A stretch of DNA of 63,999 nucleotides, counting the filler, from Sanchytrium tribonematis (taxonomy: Eukaryota), in NCBI GenBank assembly GCA_018985235.1. It is 23 parts of 23 records of this genome, joined end to end, with 100 filler letters (N's around TTAATTAATTAA, not from the genome) between each part and the next. Parts side by side here need not be neighbours in the genome. Positions count along the whole stretch, not along the records: positions 21,318 to 22,692 come from JADGIG010001309.1; positions 22,793 to 24,164 come from JADGIG010001310.1; positions 24,265 to 25,627 come from JADGIG010001311.1; positions 25,728 to 27,089 come from JADGIG010001312.1; positions 27,190 to 28,551 come from JADGIG010001313.1; positions 28,652 to 30,012 come from JADGIG010001314.1; positions 30,113 to 31,472 come from JADGIG010001315.1; positions 31,573 to 32,928 come from JADGIG010001316.1; 15 more parts are not named here. One strand, given 5' to 3'. The notes under the pieces were generated by a model, which was given only the letters and a program-made list of their open reading frames with translations, searched no databases and had not been told where the DNA came from. Positions 21,754-33,028 of the stretch are shown in pieces. The position numbers were made by a program, and so were the translations under genes. Positions within the stretch are counted from its first letter, which is position 1. The number at the start of each line of letters is the position of its first letter.

Positions 21754-21897
21754 ATGTACGCGCTACTTTTGACATTACTAAGCGCTGTCTCTGTGGATTG
21801 TCCCACGGTCATTCAACTGGCACTAGATATGGATATCAAGTATACCAATACTGATTATTTCATTCAGTATGAGCAAGATTGTTGTTTGGGAGTTTGA
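21754..21897 (+). pseudogene. 5' fragment of secreted LRR-family gene
   Basis: MYALLLTLLSAVSVDCPTVIQLALDM...EQDCCLGV* matches the N-caps of the LRR genes at 603 and 59124. Confidence 0.7.
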
Positions 21898-22692
21898 TGG
21901 TTATCCCTTACCAAACTTGCAAGACTTACTACATAGCCTGGATGGTGCAGTCTATTTCATATCTTTGGATCTGAAATCAGGATATTGGCAGATTCTATTA
22001 GCTGAAGAGGACCGAGAGAAAACGGCCTTTGTCACACCATTCGGACTATTTCAATTTTTATGTATGCCATTTGGATTATCCACCGCACCGGCAACATTCC
22101 AAAGACTAATGGATGAGGTATTTCAAGGAATGATAGGAAAAGACTTGTTAATTTACTTGGATGACCTATTGGTCTTCGCCTCAACTTTCGAATCCCTTCT
22201 TGAAAAATTAGAGAAAGTATTCGATAGACTTCGAAAATACAGCTTAACTTTAAAAGCTAAAAAGTGCAAATTTGGCATGACTGAAACAACATTTCTAGGA
22301 TTTAACGTCTGTTCAAATGGTATTAAACCAGACCAAGCCAAAATCGAAGCCATTACTATGATAAGATCTCCAGAAACAGTCACGGAAACTAGACAGTTCT
22401 TAGGACTTACTAGCTTCTATAGATGTTTCATTCATCGATACAGCACTATTGTTCAACCACTTAACGAGTTGACAAAGAAAAATGCAATATTCAAATGGAA
22501 CAAAGATTGTGAACAAGCATTTCTGCAACTTAAAAATGAGATTATTAGTCCATTAGTACTTGCCCATCCACAGTATGATAAGCCATTTTACATTTATACA
22601 GACGCAAGCTTAGTGGGAATAGGAGCAGTGCTTTCACAGGACAAACGACCGGTATGGTTCATATCAAGAAGTCTTACACCAGCCGAAAGAAA
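21893..22692 (+). mobile_element. Ty3/Gypsy pol fragment (RT and start of RNase H)
   Basis: YPLP, LDLKSGYWQI, KTAF, MPFGL..APATFQR, YLDDLL, FLG, YTDASLVGIGAVLSQ. Confidence 0.93.
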
Positions 22693-22792
22693 NNNNNNNN
22701 NNNNNNNNNNNNNNNNNNNNNNNNNNNNNNNNNNNNTTAATTAATTAANNNNNNNNNNNNNNNNNNNNNNNNNNNNNNNNNNNNNNNNNNNN

Positions 22793-23071
22793 TGCTTCTA
22801 AATGTATATTTTGTGGTACTTTGGGTATTAATACATATTTACGTGTAAATAACATAATTTCATTTGATAGTTTATTCACCCGCTTTAATAATGGTATATT
22901 GACATGATAAAATAGAGCAATACCCGCTATAGTATCTGTTTTTGATAAAAAATGGACGAAATATTTGCTTGTAATATCTGGAGTTAAATAATCTGCATCT
23001 GGTAGTGAGTCGTCTGTCAATGGATGTGTAGAATCTGATATATCAATGGATGATTTTTGAGAAAATTGCAT
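22793..23071 (-). CDS. LysM-domain protein (3' truncated)
   Basis: H.L.KTDTIAGIALFY.V....LKRVNKL......RK.VLIP. Confidence 0.8.
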
Positions 23072-23281
23072 CAGAAATTAAAAATGGGTTATAAAAATTT
23101 CAAAATTTTACTCCTTTTGAATCACTTGATTTTATTTGATTGGCGTCACAGGCAATCATTGACAATTTCATAAACATCAGTAAGCTTTAAATAAGATTAA
23201 AAGCACATTAAAATATGTATACTAATTCTTTGCTTTTCGGCAGCATCCACACCAAAGGCAAATCTCCTTTCTCCTTGCTAC

Positions 23282-23812
23282 ATGTACATTTACGTACTAC
23301 AATTGAGTCATTCCAAATATTACATTGGCAAATCTACCAATCCACTCAATCGCATCACTACCCACATAGAAGACACCCGGAATCTATTTATAAAACGTCA
23401 TAAACCCATAAATATTATTTCATGCTTCCAATCCACATCCGATTTCGATGAAGACAATACTGTCAAAGAATACATGCAGAAATATGGTATTGAAAATGTA
23501 CGTGGTGGTAGTTATTCAAATTATAAATTATCCAGTGCACAAATTGAATTTTTAAGTCAAGAAATACAATCTAGTACGAATGCCTATTTTAAATGTGGTC
23601 AAAATGGTCATTTTGCAAATAAATGTAGATTGAAAGTGATTAAACGTAAGCAAGTGAAATCAAATACATGTTTTCGATGTGGCAGATCAACTCATTTTGC
23701 AAATATTTGTTTTGCGAGCAGACATTTGAATGGTTCTATAATTTATATAAATAGTCGATTCAATAACTCACTTATTTCTGCTGATGCACACAGTCATTTG
23801 CAACAAGGATAA
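23282..23812 (+). CDS. GIY-YIG nuclease-like protein with two CCHC zinc knuckles
   Basis: YIYVLQL...KYYIGKS, R...H, DED..VKEYM.KYGIENVRGGSY; knuckles YFKCGQNGHFANKC (first Cys lost) and CFRCGRSTHFANIC. Confidence 0.85.
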   Translation: MYIYVLQLSHSKYYIGKSTNPLNRITTHIEDTRNLFIKRHKPINIISCFQSTSDFDEDNTVKEYMQKYGIENVRGGSYSNYKLSSAQIEFLSQEIQSSTNAYFKCGQNGHFANKCRLKVIKRKQVKSNTCFRCGRSTHFANICFASRHLNGSIIYINSRFNNSLISADAHSHLQQG

Positions 23813-23817
23813 AACAA

Positions 23818-24164
23818 ATGAATCTCCTGTTCCTTTCAATCGTCACCTCTCTAAAATGTCCTAAATTTATCCCTTTATCCCAATTACCATCACACACATG
23901 GCAATCCATCATTAAAATCCAACAACAATTAATCAAACCATATCGAGAATGGCAAATAGGAAGAACCATCAAAAATTTGAAACTCACTCCAACTATGCAG
24001 CGATTTGTTTATAAAACTAGAGAAGAAAATAGGCAAACTGGAGCAACCCAACCAAGTTCATTCTCCAACTGTTAAATCATCCAATGCTCTATCAAATGTA
24101 TCAATTACCAACATCTATCAAGTGAATACATCCACCATCATACTATATTTAATGGCATTTCTGA
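23818..24164 (+). CDS. Small secreted hypothetical protein, two overlapping frames
   Basis: Signal-like MNLLFLSIVTS; second frame ends in a hydrophobic segment. Confidence 0.35.
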
Positions 24165-24264
24165 NNNNNNNNNNNNNNNNNNNNNNNNNNNNNNNNNNNN
24201 NNNNNNNNTTAATTAATTAANNNNNNNNNNNNNNNNNNNNNNNNNNNNNNNNNNNNNNNNNNNN

Positions 24265-25627
24265 TGGATGATTGACCCAAAAGCAGTGCCATTATATAAA
24301 GAATTCGCTTTTTGTTAAATCTAGTTATGTTGAATTCCGTGCCACTAGGTAAGTTTTCTTTGCTACGATCATCCAGATCCTCATAGATATCAGATTTGCG
24401 TTCGGACTCTGTTTCCGATTCCTCAATGACAGAGGTAATTTCAAGCTCCTCCGCATCTAATTTCTCGTCTATCAAGTCTGTATTTTCAACCGCTACTTGA
24501 TGATCAACATCTACTTTGTCTAAATTTTCGTTTTCAAGCTCTTGATTGTTCAATTCCTCCTCTTCTTTAGCTTCTTTTTCATGCTCAACGCTTCTAACTA
24601 CCTGTCTCAAATTGACTTTGTAAAGATCCTCAATTGGTCTATTCAGTTGCTTGCTTAAGCTCAGTGTTGCCCTGTAAGCTACTTTCTCGCACTCCATCAA
24701 TAAGTCTTTGTTAATGCGACTTATCATACTTATAATTAAATCTAGCATCAAATTTGCATTTACAACAAATTGATGTTGCTCTTGATTATATTGTTGACAA
24801 TTGTCTCGAATCAATTGTATGTCATCCATGTATTCACCAATAGTCAAATATCCACCCTCATCTATTTTGTTCATTACATCTGCTAAACAGAGTGGATGAG
24901 CTATTTCGCTATAGTAATCTTCGTATTCCATAGGGTTCACAGGTTTAATAAACATTTTATACTGCTTGTCTTTGCAGATTTCAATAGTGATACTTCGAAG
25001 TGCGATTCTTAATTCTCTTAAAACAAATTCATCATTTTCTCTCATCATCAAAATTTCATCCTCCGAATAATTTTTGTGAGTATCGATTGTCTTTGGTGGA
25101 ATTATTGCAGAGATACTTTGAAACTTGGAAGCTGAAAACTTGTCAACCTCGCATTTAATTATTGACGCAAAATATTTCATTCTGGACACTTCGCTAATTT
25201 TAGCTGCAGATATTACTTTAGTCGAGGAAATTTGAAACAAGTCAATCAAATTGACATTTGCATCGGTGTAGGATTTTAGCGTTGTATAAATGATGATGCA
25301 CTCATTGGCAGAATGTATATCAATCATGTAGGCAATTTGCCGTTGCAATATATCTGGAAGATCAAAAAACCAATTGTCCAATCTCGGAAAGTAGACTATA
25401 CTGGTCCTCTTTTTTGCTTCGTTAAAAAGCGCAATAAGTATGCACTCCGCTGTCTGCGTTAGTATTCAATACCCTAGTTGAGTCACCAAATAATATGGAG
25501 GGATCAATAAGAATCACATTCAAGTCAAAAAGATGAAGCACTCCCCTACTTATCAAATCACATGAGTGACCTGTTAGGACCAGTTTGCGCTTTCTACCCA
25601 TAATGCCATTAATTGGGAGTAAATTTG
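24265..25627 (-). CDS. YTA7: Yta7/ATAD2 AAA-bromodomain protein (fragment); 19-nt intron 25454-25472
   Basis: Bromodomain FIKPV...YEDYY.EI.HP, Y..DI.LI..NC..YN; removing GTATTGAATACTAACGCAG gives LFGDSTR-TAECILIALFNEAKK. Confidence 0.85.
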
Positions 25628-25727
25628 NNNNNNNNNNNNNNNNNNNNNNNNNNNNNNNNNNNNNNNNNNNNTTAATTAATTAANNNNNNNNNNNNNNNNN
25701 NNNNNNNNNNNNNNNNNNNNNNNNNNN

Positions 25728-27089
25728 CATCTAAAATTTGACAGTAAGCAGTTTCCAATGATTCGAGCCCAAAGCGTTCCCTCTCTTGATTGTGATGAAT
25801 TGATTCTTCAAGTATATAAAAAACATTCATTTTCATGTCTTTTAATCTCTGTTTTTGCTCGAGATATCTTTTGTCTTTAATGCTAGAAATCAAGTCGGGA
25901 GATGTTTTTCTTTCAATAACAAAGTCAAGAACAACTTGATTTTTCCCATCCAGGCTTTCGGCAATCCATAATGCATCACCTATGCTTAATGGTTGCATCA
26001 ACACATTGATCCCCGCTTGTAGTAATTTAGATTCTAGGACATCGAGTTTTAAACCTCCTAAATTTTCTCGATTATCAATTACCAGTTTGATTTTGAAGTT
26101 TTCCAAAGTTTGCAGAGGAATATTCGAAACTGATAAACACGAAAGCTCCTCTCTTAAGTCTGAAGTAGCACTTTTTTGGGATAAACTTACAATTTCATCA
26201 TCAAAAATTTTAGTTTCCTCTACGACTGATAAAGTACTTGTACTACATAGATCAATAATACTAGGGTCATCTTTATCTGGTTTCTCTTGTTCCAACCTAA
26301 TTTCGGAATCAAATAACAATACCACCTCTTCATTTTTTTGAACTGGATTGTATTTTGGGGTATAATAATCATTTGAAAATAGTTCAATCGGATTTTCCAC
26401 CGTTTCGGATTCATTCTTAGAAATATTTGATTTTGCTTTTTTCGGCCTAGAATCACCTGGGATCGCAGCATAAATTCCACTTTTTTGAAGATTCATTTTA
26501 TCCATATTGAGAGATAATTTTTCGCCCAACATGATCCCTGCCATTGATAGTGAGTATTTTGAAGGTTTCCCAGAAGCTTCTATTATTTCTTTACTGATAA
26601 GAGTCTTCAAAGCTCCATTTATAGTACCGTTTGAACGACTATTTTGGCCAGTTGTTGAATTAAAATGGGAAATGGTGTCTAGGGATGAATCAGTATATTC
26701 TTGGCAGTCCCCTATCAAATCTTTCTTAGTGAAGAGATCTTGATGACTTCTATACATACCCACAATGATTGCAAATGCAACGGATCGATATTTTGGATTA
26801 TATGCTCTTTTCGATTTCTCAAGAGATGCTCCTCCTGATATAATTGTGCTGTCCACAACGAAGGGACGTTCAATCTTGTTGTCTTTATACCATTGCCCGA
26901 TTTTCTTGTCAATTTTGCCTGCCAACATGTCTCCCACACCTTTCAATTTCTTAGCATCTCTTCCAGAATATATTGGATCAGAGCTAGTGACTATGGATTT
27001 AAGCGCGTTCAAAAGAGCAAACTGAAGCTTTGAATCTTTGGCTTTGGCCTCATTATACCATTCTTCTAGCCAAACTTTACAATTGATTC
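25728..27089 (-). CDS. MUS81: Crossover junction endonuclease Mus81 (fragment)
   Basis: HhH LKGVG, Y.PKYRS..FAI, IDNRE, GDALW, ERKT..DL..SIKD.RY.EQK.RL. Confidence 0.92.
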
Positions 27090-27189
27090 NNNNNNNNNNN
27101 NNNNNNNNNNNNNNNNNNNNNNNNNNNNNNNNNTTAATTAATTAANNNNNNNNNNNNNNNNNNNNNNNNNNNNNNNNNNNNNNNNNNNN

Positions 27190-28015
27190 GCAATTCATAG
27201 ATTGGCTCTTGGACTTTGATACTGTGAACGGGCAAGGATAAATCATTTATATTCCAAACCTTTATAGTCGAGGAACTACCTCCAGTTATCAAGAAATGGT
27301 CAATAATCACACCACCTTCTAATGTTTCTTCTACAGCGATATTTGCAAGTAAAATCGAAGTGGTGGAAACTCTATAATTTTTGAATATAGATTCTAAGTT
27401 CCAGATGGAAAAAGTTTGATCTCTGCTAATGAGAATCATTTTCAGGTCGGAAGTTATAATTGCGGTCTTGATAAGTGCATCATGATGTTCAATAAGATAC
27501 ATATCTGATGTTCGCAAATTCCAGATTCTAGCGGTTCCATCATCTCCACAACTAATGACGTATAAAATATCACCAAACTTGAAAAATTGCACATGGGATA
27601 TTAAAGATCGGTGCCCAGTTAATCTATGTGTGTAATATCTATTCTTCAAGTCATATACTTCCAAAATACCATCCGAACCTCCCAAAGCAGCAAACGATTC
27701 AGTATCGTCAACAGCGCAAGCTGTTGATAGCGATTTTAATTTGAATGAGCGAACAATACGGCCCCCGTTATCAAAAATGCAAATGCTTGAATTCCGAGAA
27801 CAAACAATAAGTAAATTTAAGCTTTTATAAAATGTAGTAACGAAATCGTCGCTGTAGCTATATTCTATCTTTGTTCCAAATTCATCAATGCCAATGACTC
27901 TCTCGTAATAAATTGTGTAAAGATATCTGTTGCAATATTGAGTTCTGCCGCCAGAATAAAAAGGTTCTATAGTTTTTTCGCAGTCGTAGCGATATTTTTT
28001 TGTATTCGTTTCCAT
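27190..28015 (-). CDS. UTP13: WD40 SSU processome protein Utp13/TBL3 (5' part)
   Basis: IEPFYSGG, YTH.L.GH..LI, ISRDQ...IW, E.LE. Confidence 0.75.
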
Positions 28016-28040
28016 ATCACTCTCCTCGAATCTCCTGCAA

Positions 28041-28551
28041 ATGTGGTCGCCAATCGAGTCGGACCCTGAAATTTTGTTTAATTATTGCAAGGCAATTAAT
28101 GGTGGGGATGTTTCCTTTTCTATTCATGAAGTCGTTGGGATAGAGTCAGATTGTTTGTCTAATTTACCATGTAGAATAGTAGCAATATTAGCAGTACTTC
28201 CTATTAATAGAAATGAAATGATACCAAGGAAATATTTTGAAGAGACTTGTTTCTTCTTAAAACAGACCGTTCCCAATTCCTGTGGAACCATAGCACTTAT
28301 TCATATCTTAGCCAATCTATTTTTAGCTAATGGACCATTGCAGCAATTTGTGGAGCGAGTCTATGACAAATCCCCCTTTGAGAAAGCTTTGGAATTTGAG
28401 AAATGGAGCTTTATTGAAGAGGCTCATAGAAAAGCCGCCCAAAAGGGGTCAATTATGGGTGACCAAATGACGAATCTACACTACGTTGCGATGATCAATT
28501 TAAATGGTAATCTGGTAGAATTGGATGGCAGATTAGATGGACCAATCGTTC
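28041..28551 (+). CDS. Ubiquitin C-terminal hydrolase (peptidase C12, UCH-L3/Yuh1-like), 3' truncated
   Basis: W.PIESDP, KQTVPNSCGTIALIH, LHYVA, LVELDGR. Confidence 0.92.
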
Positions 28552-28736
28552 NNNNNNNNNNNNNNNNNNNNNNNNNNNNNNNNNNNNNNNNNNNNTTAAT
28601 TAATTAANNNNNNNNNNNNNNNNNNNNNNNNNNNNNNNNNNNNNNNNNNNNTGGCAATTACAACCAATGACATCAAAGATGGCTCAATTGAAGCTCAAAA
28701 GACATTTGAAATTCTAAAAGTCAACCCCCTTTCAAC

Positions 28737-29474
28737 ATGAATTTTCCCTGCACAATTGCAGTCATTGGAGATAGTTATAGTGACATCGGCAATGCTTATA
28801 TGCTCACTGATAAATCATATCCAACTCAATCTTATTCTCATGGTAGATACTCAAATGGTCCCATTTATGTTGAACATGTTGCAAATTCACTCAATTGTTC
28901 CATAGTCAATTATGCGTATGGTGGCAGCACACTCAATAATACACGCGTACAGGGATATACTGGTCAATATACAAATATTACAGTCCCTAGTTTGGATATT
29001 CAAATGCAGCATTATAAATCCACGCTACACAGTGCCAATTTCACAATAATACACGGTGGTGCGAATGATTACTTTTTTAATTCAAATACGACTCATTTGG
29101 AAGTATATCATTCATTGATGCAATTGGCAAATGTTGCCAGTTCAAATAATGACACTAAAATCATATTATTTACTATTTTAGATCCATTACTGGTTCCATA
29201 TTGTCACTCTAATCAACGGGAGATTTGTAGGAAATGGAGTGAATCCATTCATTTGGCAAATGAATTGTTGAAAGCATCCAATTATAAATGTCATATTTTT
29301 GATATAAATCAAGCCATTTCTACCATATCACATCAATTTAATGATACGGCACAATACAATTGCATGGCGAATGGGAATATCAATTGTGATTCGTATCTAT
29401 TTTTTGATGTATTTCATTTGAGTGCAAAAGCACATTTACTTTTAGCTAATTTGATATTGTCACATTTCAAATAA
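28737..29474 (+). CDS. GDSL/SGNH lipase-esterase
   Basis: GDSYSDIGN, GRYSNGP, NYAYGG, GANDY, FFDVFHLS. Confidence 0.9.
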   Translation: MNFPCTIAVIGDSYSDIGNAYMLTDKSYPTQSYSHGRYSNGPIYVEHVANSLNCSIVNYAYGGSTLNNTRVQGYTGQYTNITVPSLDIQMQHYKSTLHSANFTIIHGGANDYFFNSNTTHLEVYHSLMQLANVASSNNDTKIILFTILDPLLVPYCHSNQREICRKWSESIHLANELLKASNYKCHIFDINQAISTISHQFNDTAQYNCMANGNINCDSYLFFDVFHLSAKAHLLLANLILSHFK

Positions 29475-29639
29475 ATAATCTCAAAATTTGAGTACACTAG
29501 CAGTCTAGCACACACAATGAATTCATCAAACACGTGTTTCATTTTGACAAATCAAGTGATTCACATGATATATCTCGTGATTCAAAAATGGCGCCATCTT
29601 TTTTTTATAATGGCATCATAGTCTCGCAATTGTATTGTC

Positions 29640-30012
29640 ATGCTGTTGCTGTCATTTGCGTTGTGTGCTCCAGTTAAAATGCATCGAGCAGCTACAGCCG
29701 GATTTGCAGCCGCTGCTTCTATTTCCAGTGCTAATGCCTTTGCATTTCTTCCATCAAATTCCTGTGTACGATCTGCATTTTCAGGACTACAAGTAGACAC
29801 ACCAATTCAATTCTCCAAATCACAACATACTATGAGTTGTATCGAAGTAAGTCGCAGGGCGGTATTGGAATCAATGTTTAAAATACCCATGGGTCTGGCT
29901 GTCATTTCTCATGAAGACCCGTATTTTTCATTGCCTGGAGAAGAGCAATCCGAATACATTCACCTTGTGGGTGATCGTAGAAAGGTCGTGGTATATGTGA
30001 TTGATAGTGGAT
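29640..30012 (+). CDS. Secreted hypothetical protein (3' truncated)
   Basis: Signal-like MLLLSFALCA; ends VYVIDSG, resembling the subtilisin Asp motif, at the contig edge. Confidence 0.45.
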
Positions 30013-30112
30013 NNNNNNNNNNNNNNNNNNNNNNNNNNNNNNNNNNNNNNNNNNNNTTAATTAATTAANNNNNNNNNNNNNNNNNNNNNNNNNNNNNNNN
30101 NNNNNNNNNNNN

Positions 30113-31450
30113 TTGTAAGGTGTCAGTATATCTATGATCCCAATAAAGTATAATTCCTGGGTTAGCTCATCACCTTCATCCGTACTTCTATATCCGCCAT
30201 CATCCATATAAAATACACAATACTTCCTTCTAAATAAATTTGAAATACTCATTGAAAATCATTTCTTGCGGAAAGGATGGGCTCGATGGATTGCTGCTCA
30301 ATTTCTCAATCTCATCGTCAGTTGCGGTGAAGGCTCTTCTAACCATTGCCAGCTTTGTATTACTTCTTTTTTGGGTCCCGAATGGACTAGCTGGTCTACT
30401 TGGACTTACAGGTGTTGGCATTGGAGTTGGTTGTGGAGTTCCTGGCTGACTAACACTCTGGGTATGTTGCATCACTGGTATATCTAATGTTTTTCTTGCT
30501 GGTATTTCTGCGCTTGGTGACTTGTGTTGAAATCCCATTGTAGTTCTGCGGCCTTTAAAGGTGCTAGGGTCTGGCTCTAGAACTTTCAACATGGATTCTC
30601 TTAAATGATCAATATTTCCTCTTCTTATATTGTGTACACCAATCAGTAAGGAATAATCCATAATTTCTAGCTTCATAAGAATTTCAACATCAATTTCAAT
30701 TTGTTTAAAAAGCCAAGATCTTTTCTTTGGACCTAATTCTAGATGTTTCTGTTTATCTCTCCAATTAAGATCCTTAAGAACTGTTGATTGCTTCTTATTT
30801 TCGTTTTCTGTAACAAATCTTCCAAAAGTGCTACCTTTCAAGTCATATATTTCATGGACATCTTTATTTGGTGGAAATAAATTTTGCATAACGACAAAGT
30901 GAATTTTCCTACCACCAGGTTCTTTCACTCTATGTAATCCAAAAAAGCGACTCAATAATGTGTGAGGATATTTTTGAACATGCTCCACATAACTTGGCAA
31001 AATTTTTAATAATAGTTTATGTTCAACATGATGTATTGTTTTAATTATGAATCTATAGTCATGACTAAAGTAAAAAAACGATCCACTTTTACCAGGACTT
31101 CCTCTTTCACTCAAAACATACTTTCCTGTTAAAGAATGTAAATAGTCGTTCACATCGACCCTAAAAAGTTGACGTAATTTACGAAATACCAAAGGTGAAT
31201 AATCTTTGAATTTAAAATCATATTTCTGTGTAGGTGTTAATTCTTGTCCAGTTATGTCAAATGCAAGTTTATGGGCTTGAATGTAATCATTAGCATCAAG
31301 TGGTTTTTCTTGTTTATTTTCGCATCTACTGACGCCTATTCGTATTCCGGTCAACATGTTGTACATTAATATAAATTTTTCATCAGGGACTTCGGAATCT
31401 GTCGGCATTGGCAGTATAAAATTATAGAAAAACCAAACGCGGGGATTCAT
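30113..31450 (-). CDS. MSS4: Phosphatidylinositol-4-phosphate 5-kinase; 19-nt intron 30230-30248
   Basis: FKFKDYSP.VFR, GKSGSFFYFS, YDLKGS, IMDYSLL, YFIGIIDILTPY; removing GTATTTCAAATTTATTTAG gives FNERKYCVFY. Confidence 0.92.
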
Positions 31451-31572
31451 TTAAAAAGTTAAAAAATGATGTNNNNNNNNNNNNNNNNNNNNNNNNNNNN
31501 NNNNNNNNNNNNNNNNTTAATTAATTAANNNNNNNNNNNNNNNNNNNNNNNNNNNNNNNNNNNNNNNNNNNN

Positions 31573-32928
31573 ATTTTCTAGGATATCTGTTTTATTATTA
31601 TCCAAGCTGGGTTTTATATTTGAAAAGAATTCCTCAAATTTTTGGCGTAATGATATTTTGCATTGGAGTAGTATTTACATATAATTGGTTTTCAAATCAA
31701 TTTCAATTGGGAAGAGATTTGAATACGCATGTAAATGCTTTGATCAAAAAGCATATTGTGAAGGTAGTACTAATTCTCTTAGGGTTAGTTTACATCCCTA
31801 CGACTACGTCACTACTGAGTATGACTTTATGTGAAAATATATCATGTGCGGCAGGTGAAGAACTAGTTCGAAAAATTTCTACATCTTCCTCCGGTAAATT
31901 TGATTCCATTTGGCAACAATTCAGAAAAGACATTACTTTTGACTCTGCTTGCACGGTTTGTAAATTTGATCAGCAGTGCACAATCAGTCAAGATCTGTGT
32001 CCTGCTAGCAGTGATCTAAGACTAGTGAAGGACTTAACACTCAGCTGTACTCAAGAAATATTTCCATTTTATTTTCCAGGAATTTTTTTGTGCCTCATTT
32101 CTGTTACATTTGGCATTCCCTACTTGTATTACAAATTAATATCAGTATGTACAAGATTTTTAAAAGAGATACCAACTTTTGTAAATGACGAGGGAGATCA
32201 ATGGATGCTTCAAGCCAAAGCGTCAAAAAATAGTTGCAAGTCACTATACAGCGCATTTGAAAAGCGTTTTAGGTATTACAAGCTTTTTATGATCTTGCAT
32301 AGACTGCTGGTAGTAACCACCTTTGTGTTTGCAAGTCAGGATAAAACATCACTACTTGTTACTTTTGGAATTACAATTATTCACTCTGTCGCACTCATAG
32401 TTACCGCTTACAGTAGACCATTCTTTAGTCGAGCGGAGGATCTGTTGTGCTTATCATGTGTGGGAGTCAATACTTTGAATGGGATATTAACTATATTGTT
32501 AGCATTAGAAATTGATATTCCAGAAGTGGTTATGATCCCTATAGGTACAATGAATTTGGCTATGCCGATTCTACTTTTGATACTTGGAGCCTACTTTCAA
32601 AGCAAAAGCGAGCAAAAGAAATCTAAAAAATTGGTAATTAGTTTTAATGTTAGTCCGCAGAAAAAGAAGACATTCTGAAAACAAATTCAATACAAGATAC
32701 AAGGACTCACAAAGAATTGAGGGAAAATCCAAATCTGGTTTTAATTGCAGTAGATAAAATGGTGATGGATACGCTTGATATGACATTAGATAAGAAGCTG
32801 TTGAGTATTTTGGTTAATTTCTTCTTAGTTTTAGGATTGACTTCGTTTATTAGTTTATGCTTAGCCATTTTCGATGTGACGTACAATACGAATATAGATA
32901 ATTCAATTATTGACTCACCTGGATACGA
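31573..32928 (+). CDS. Polytopic membrane protein fragment; 20-nt intron 32634-32653
   Basis: Multiple TMs and a Cys-rich loop; removing GTAATTAGTTTTAATGTTAG reads through 21 stop-free codons into the 32717 ORF. Confidence 0.75.
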
Positions 32929-33028
32929 NNNNNNNNNNNNNNNNNNNNNNNNNNNNNNNNNNNNNNNNNNNNTTAATTAATTAANNNNNNNNNNNNNNNN
33001 NNNNNNNNNNNNNNNNNNNNNNNNNNNN

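Noticed and set aside
24007..24025. Possible 19-nt intron GTTTATAAAACTAGAGAAG joining ORFs 23818 and 24005
   Set aside because: Lacks A3 and A14, has earlier AGs, and there is no homolog to validate the product.
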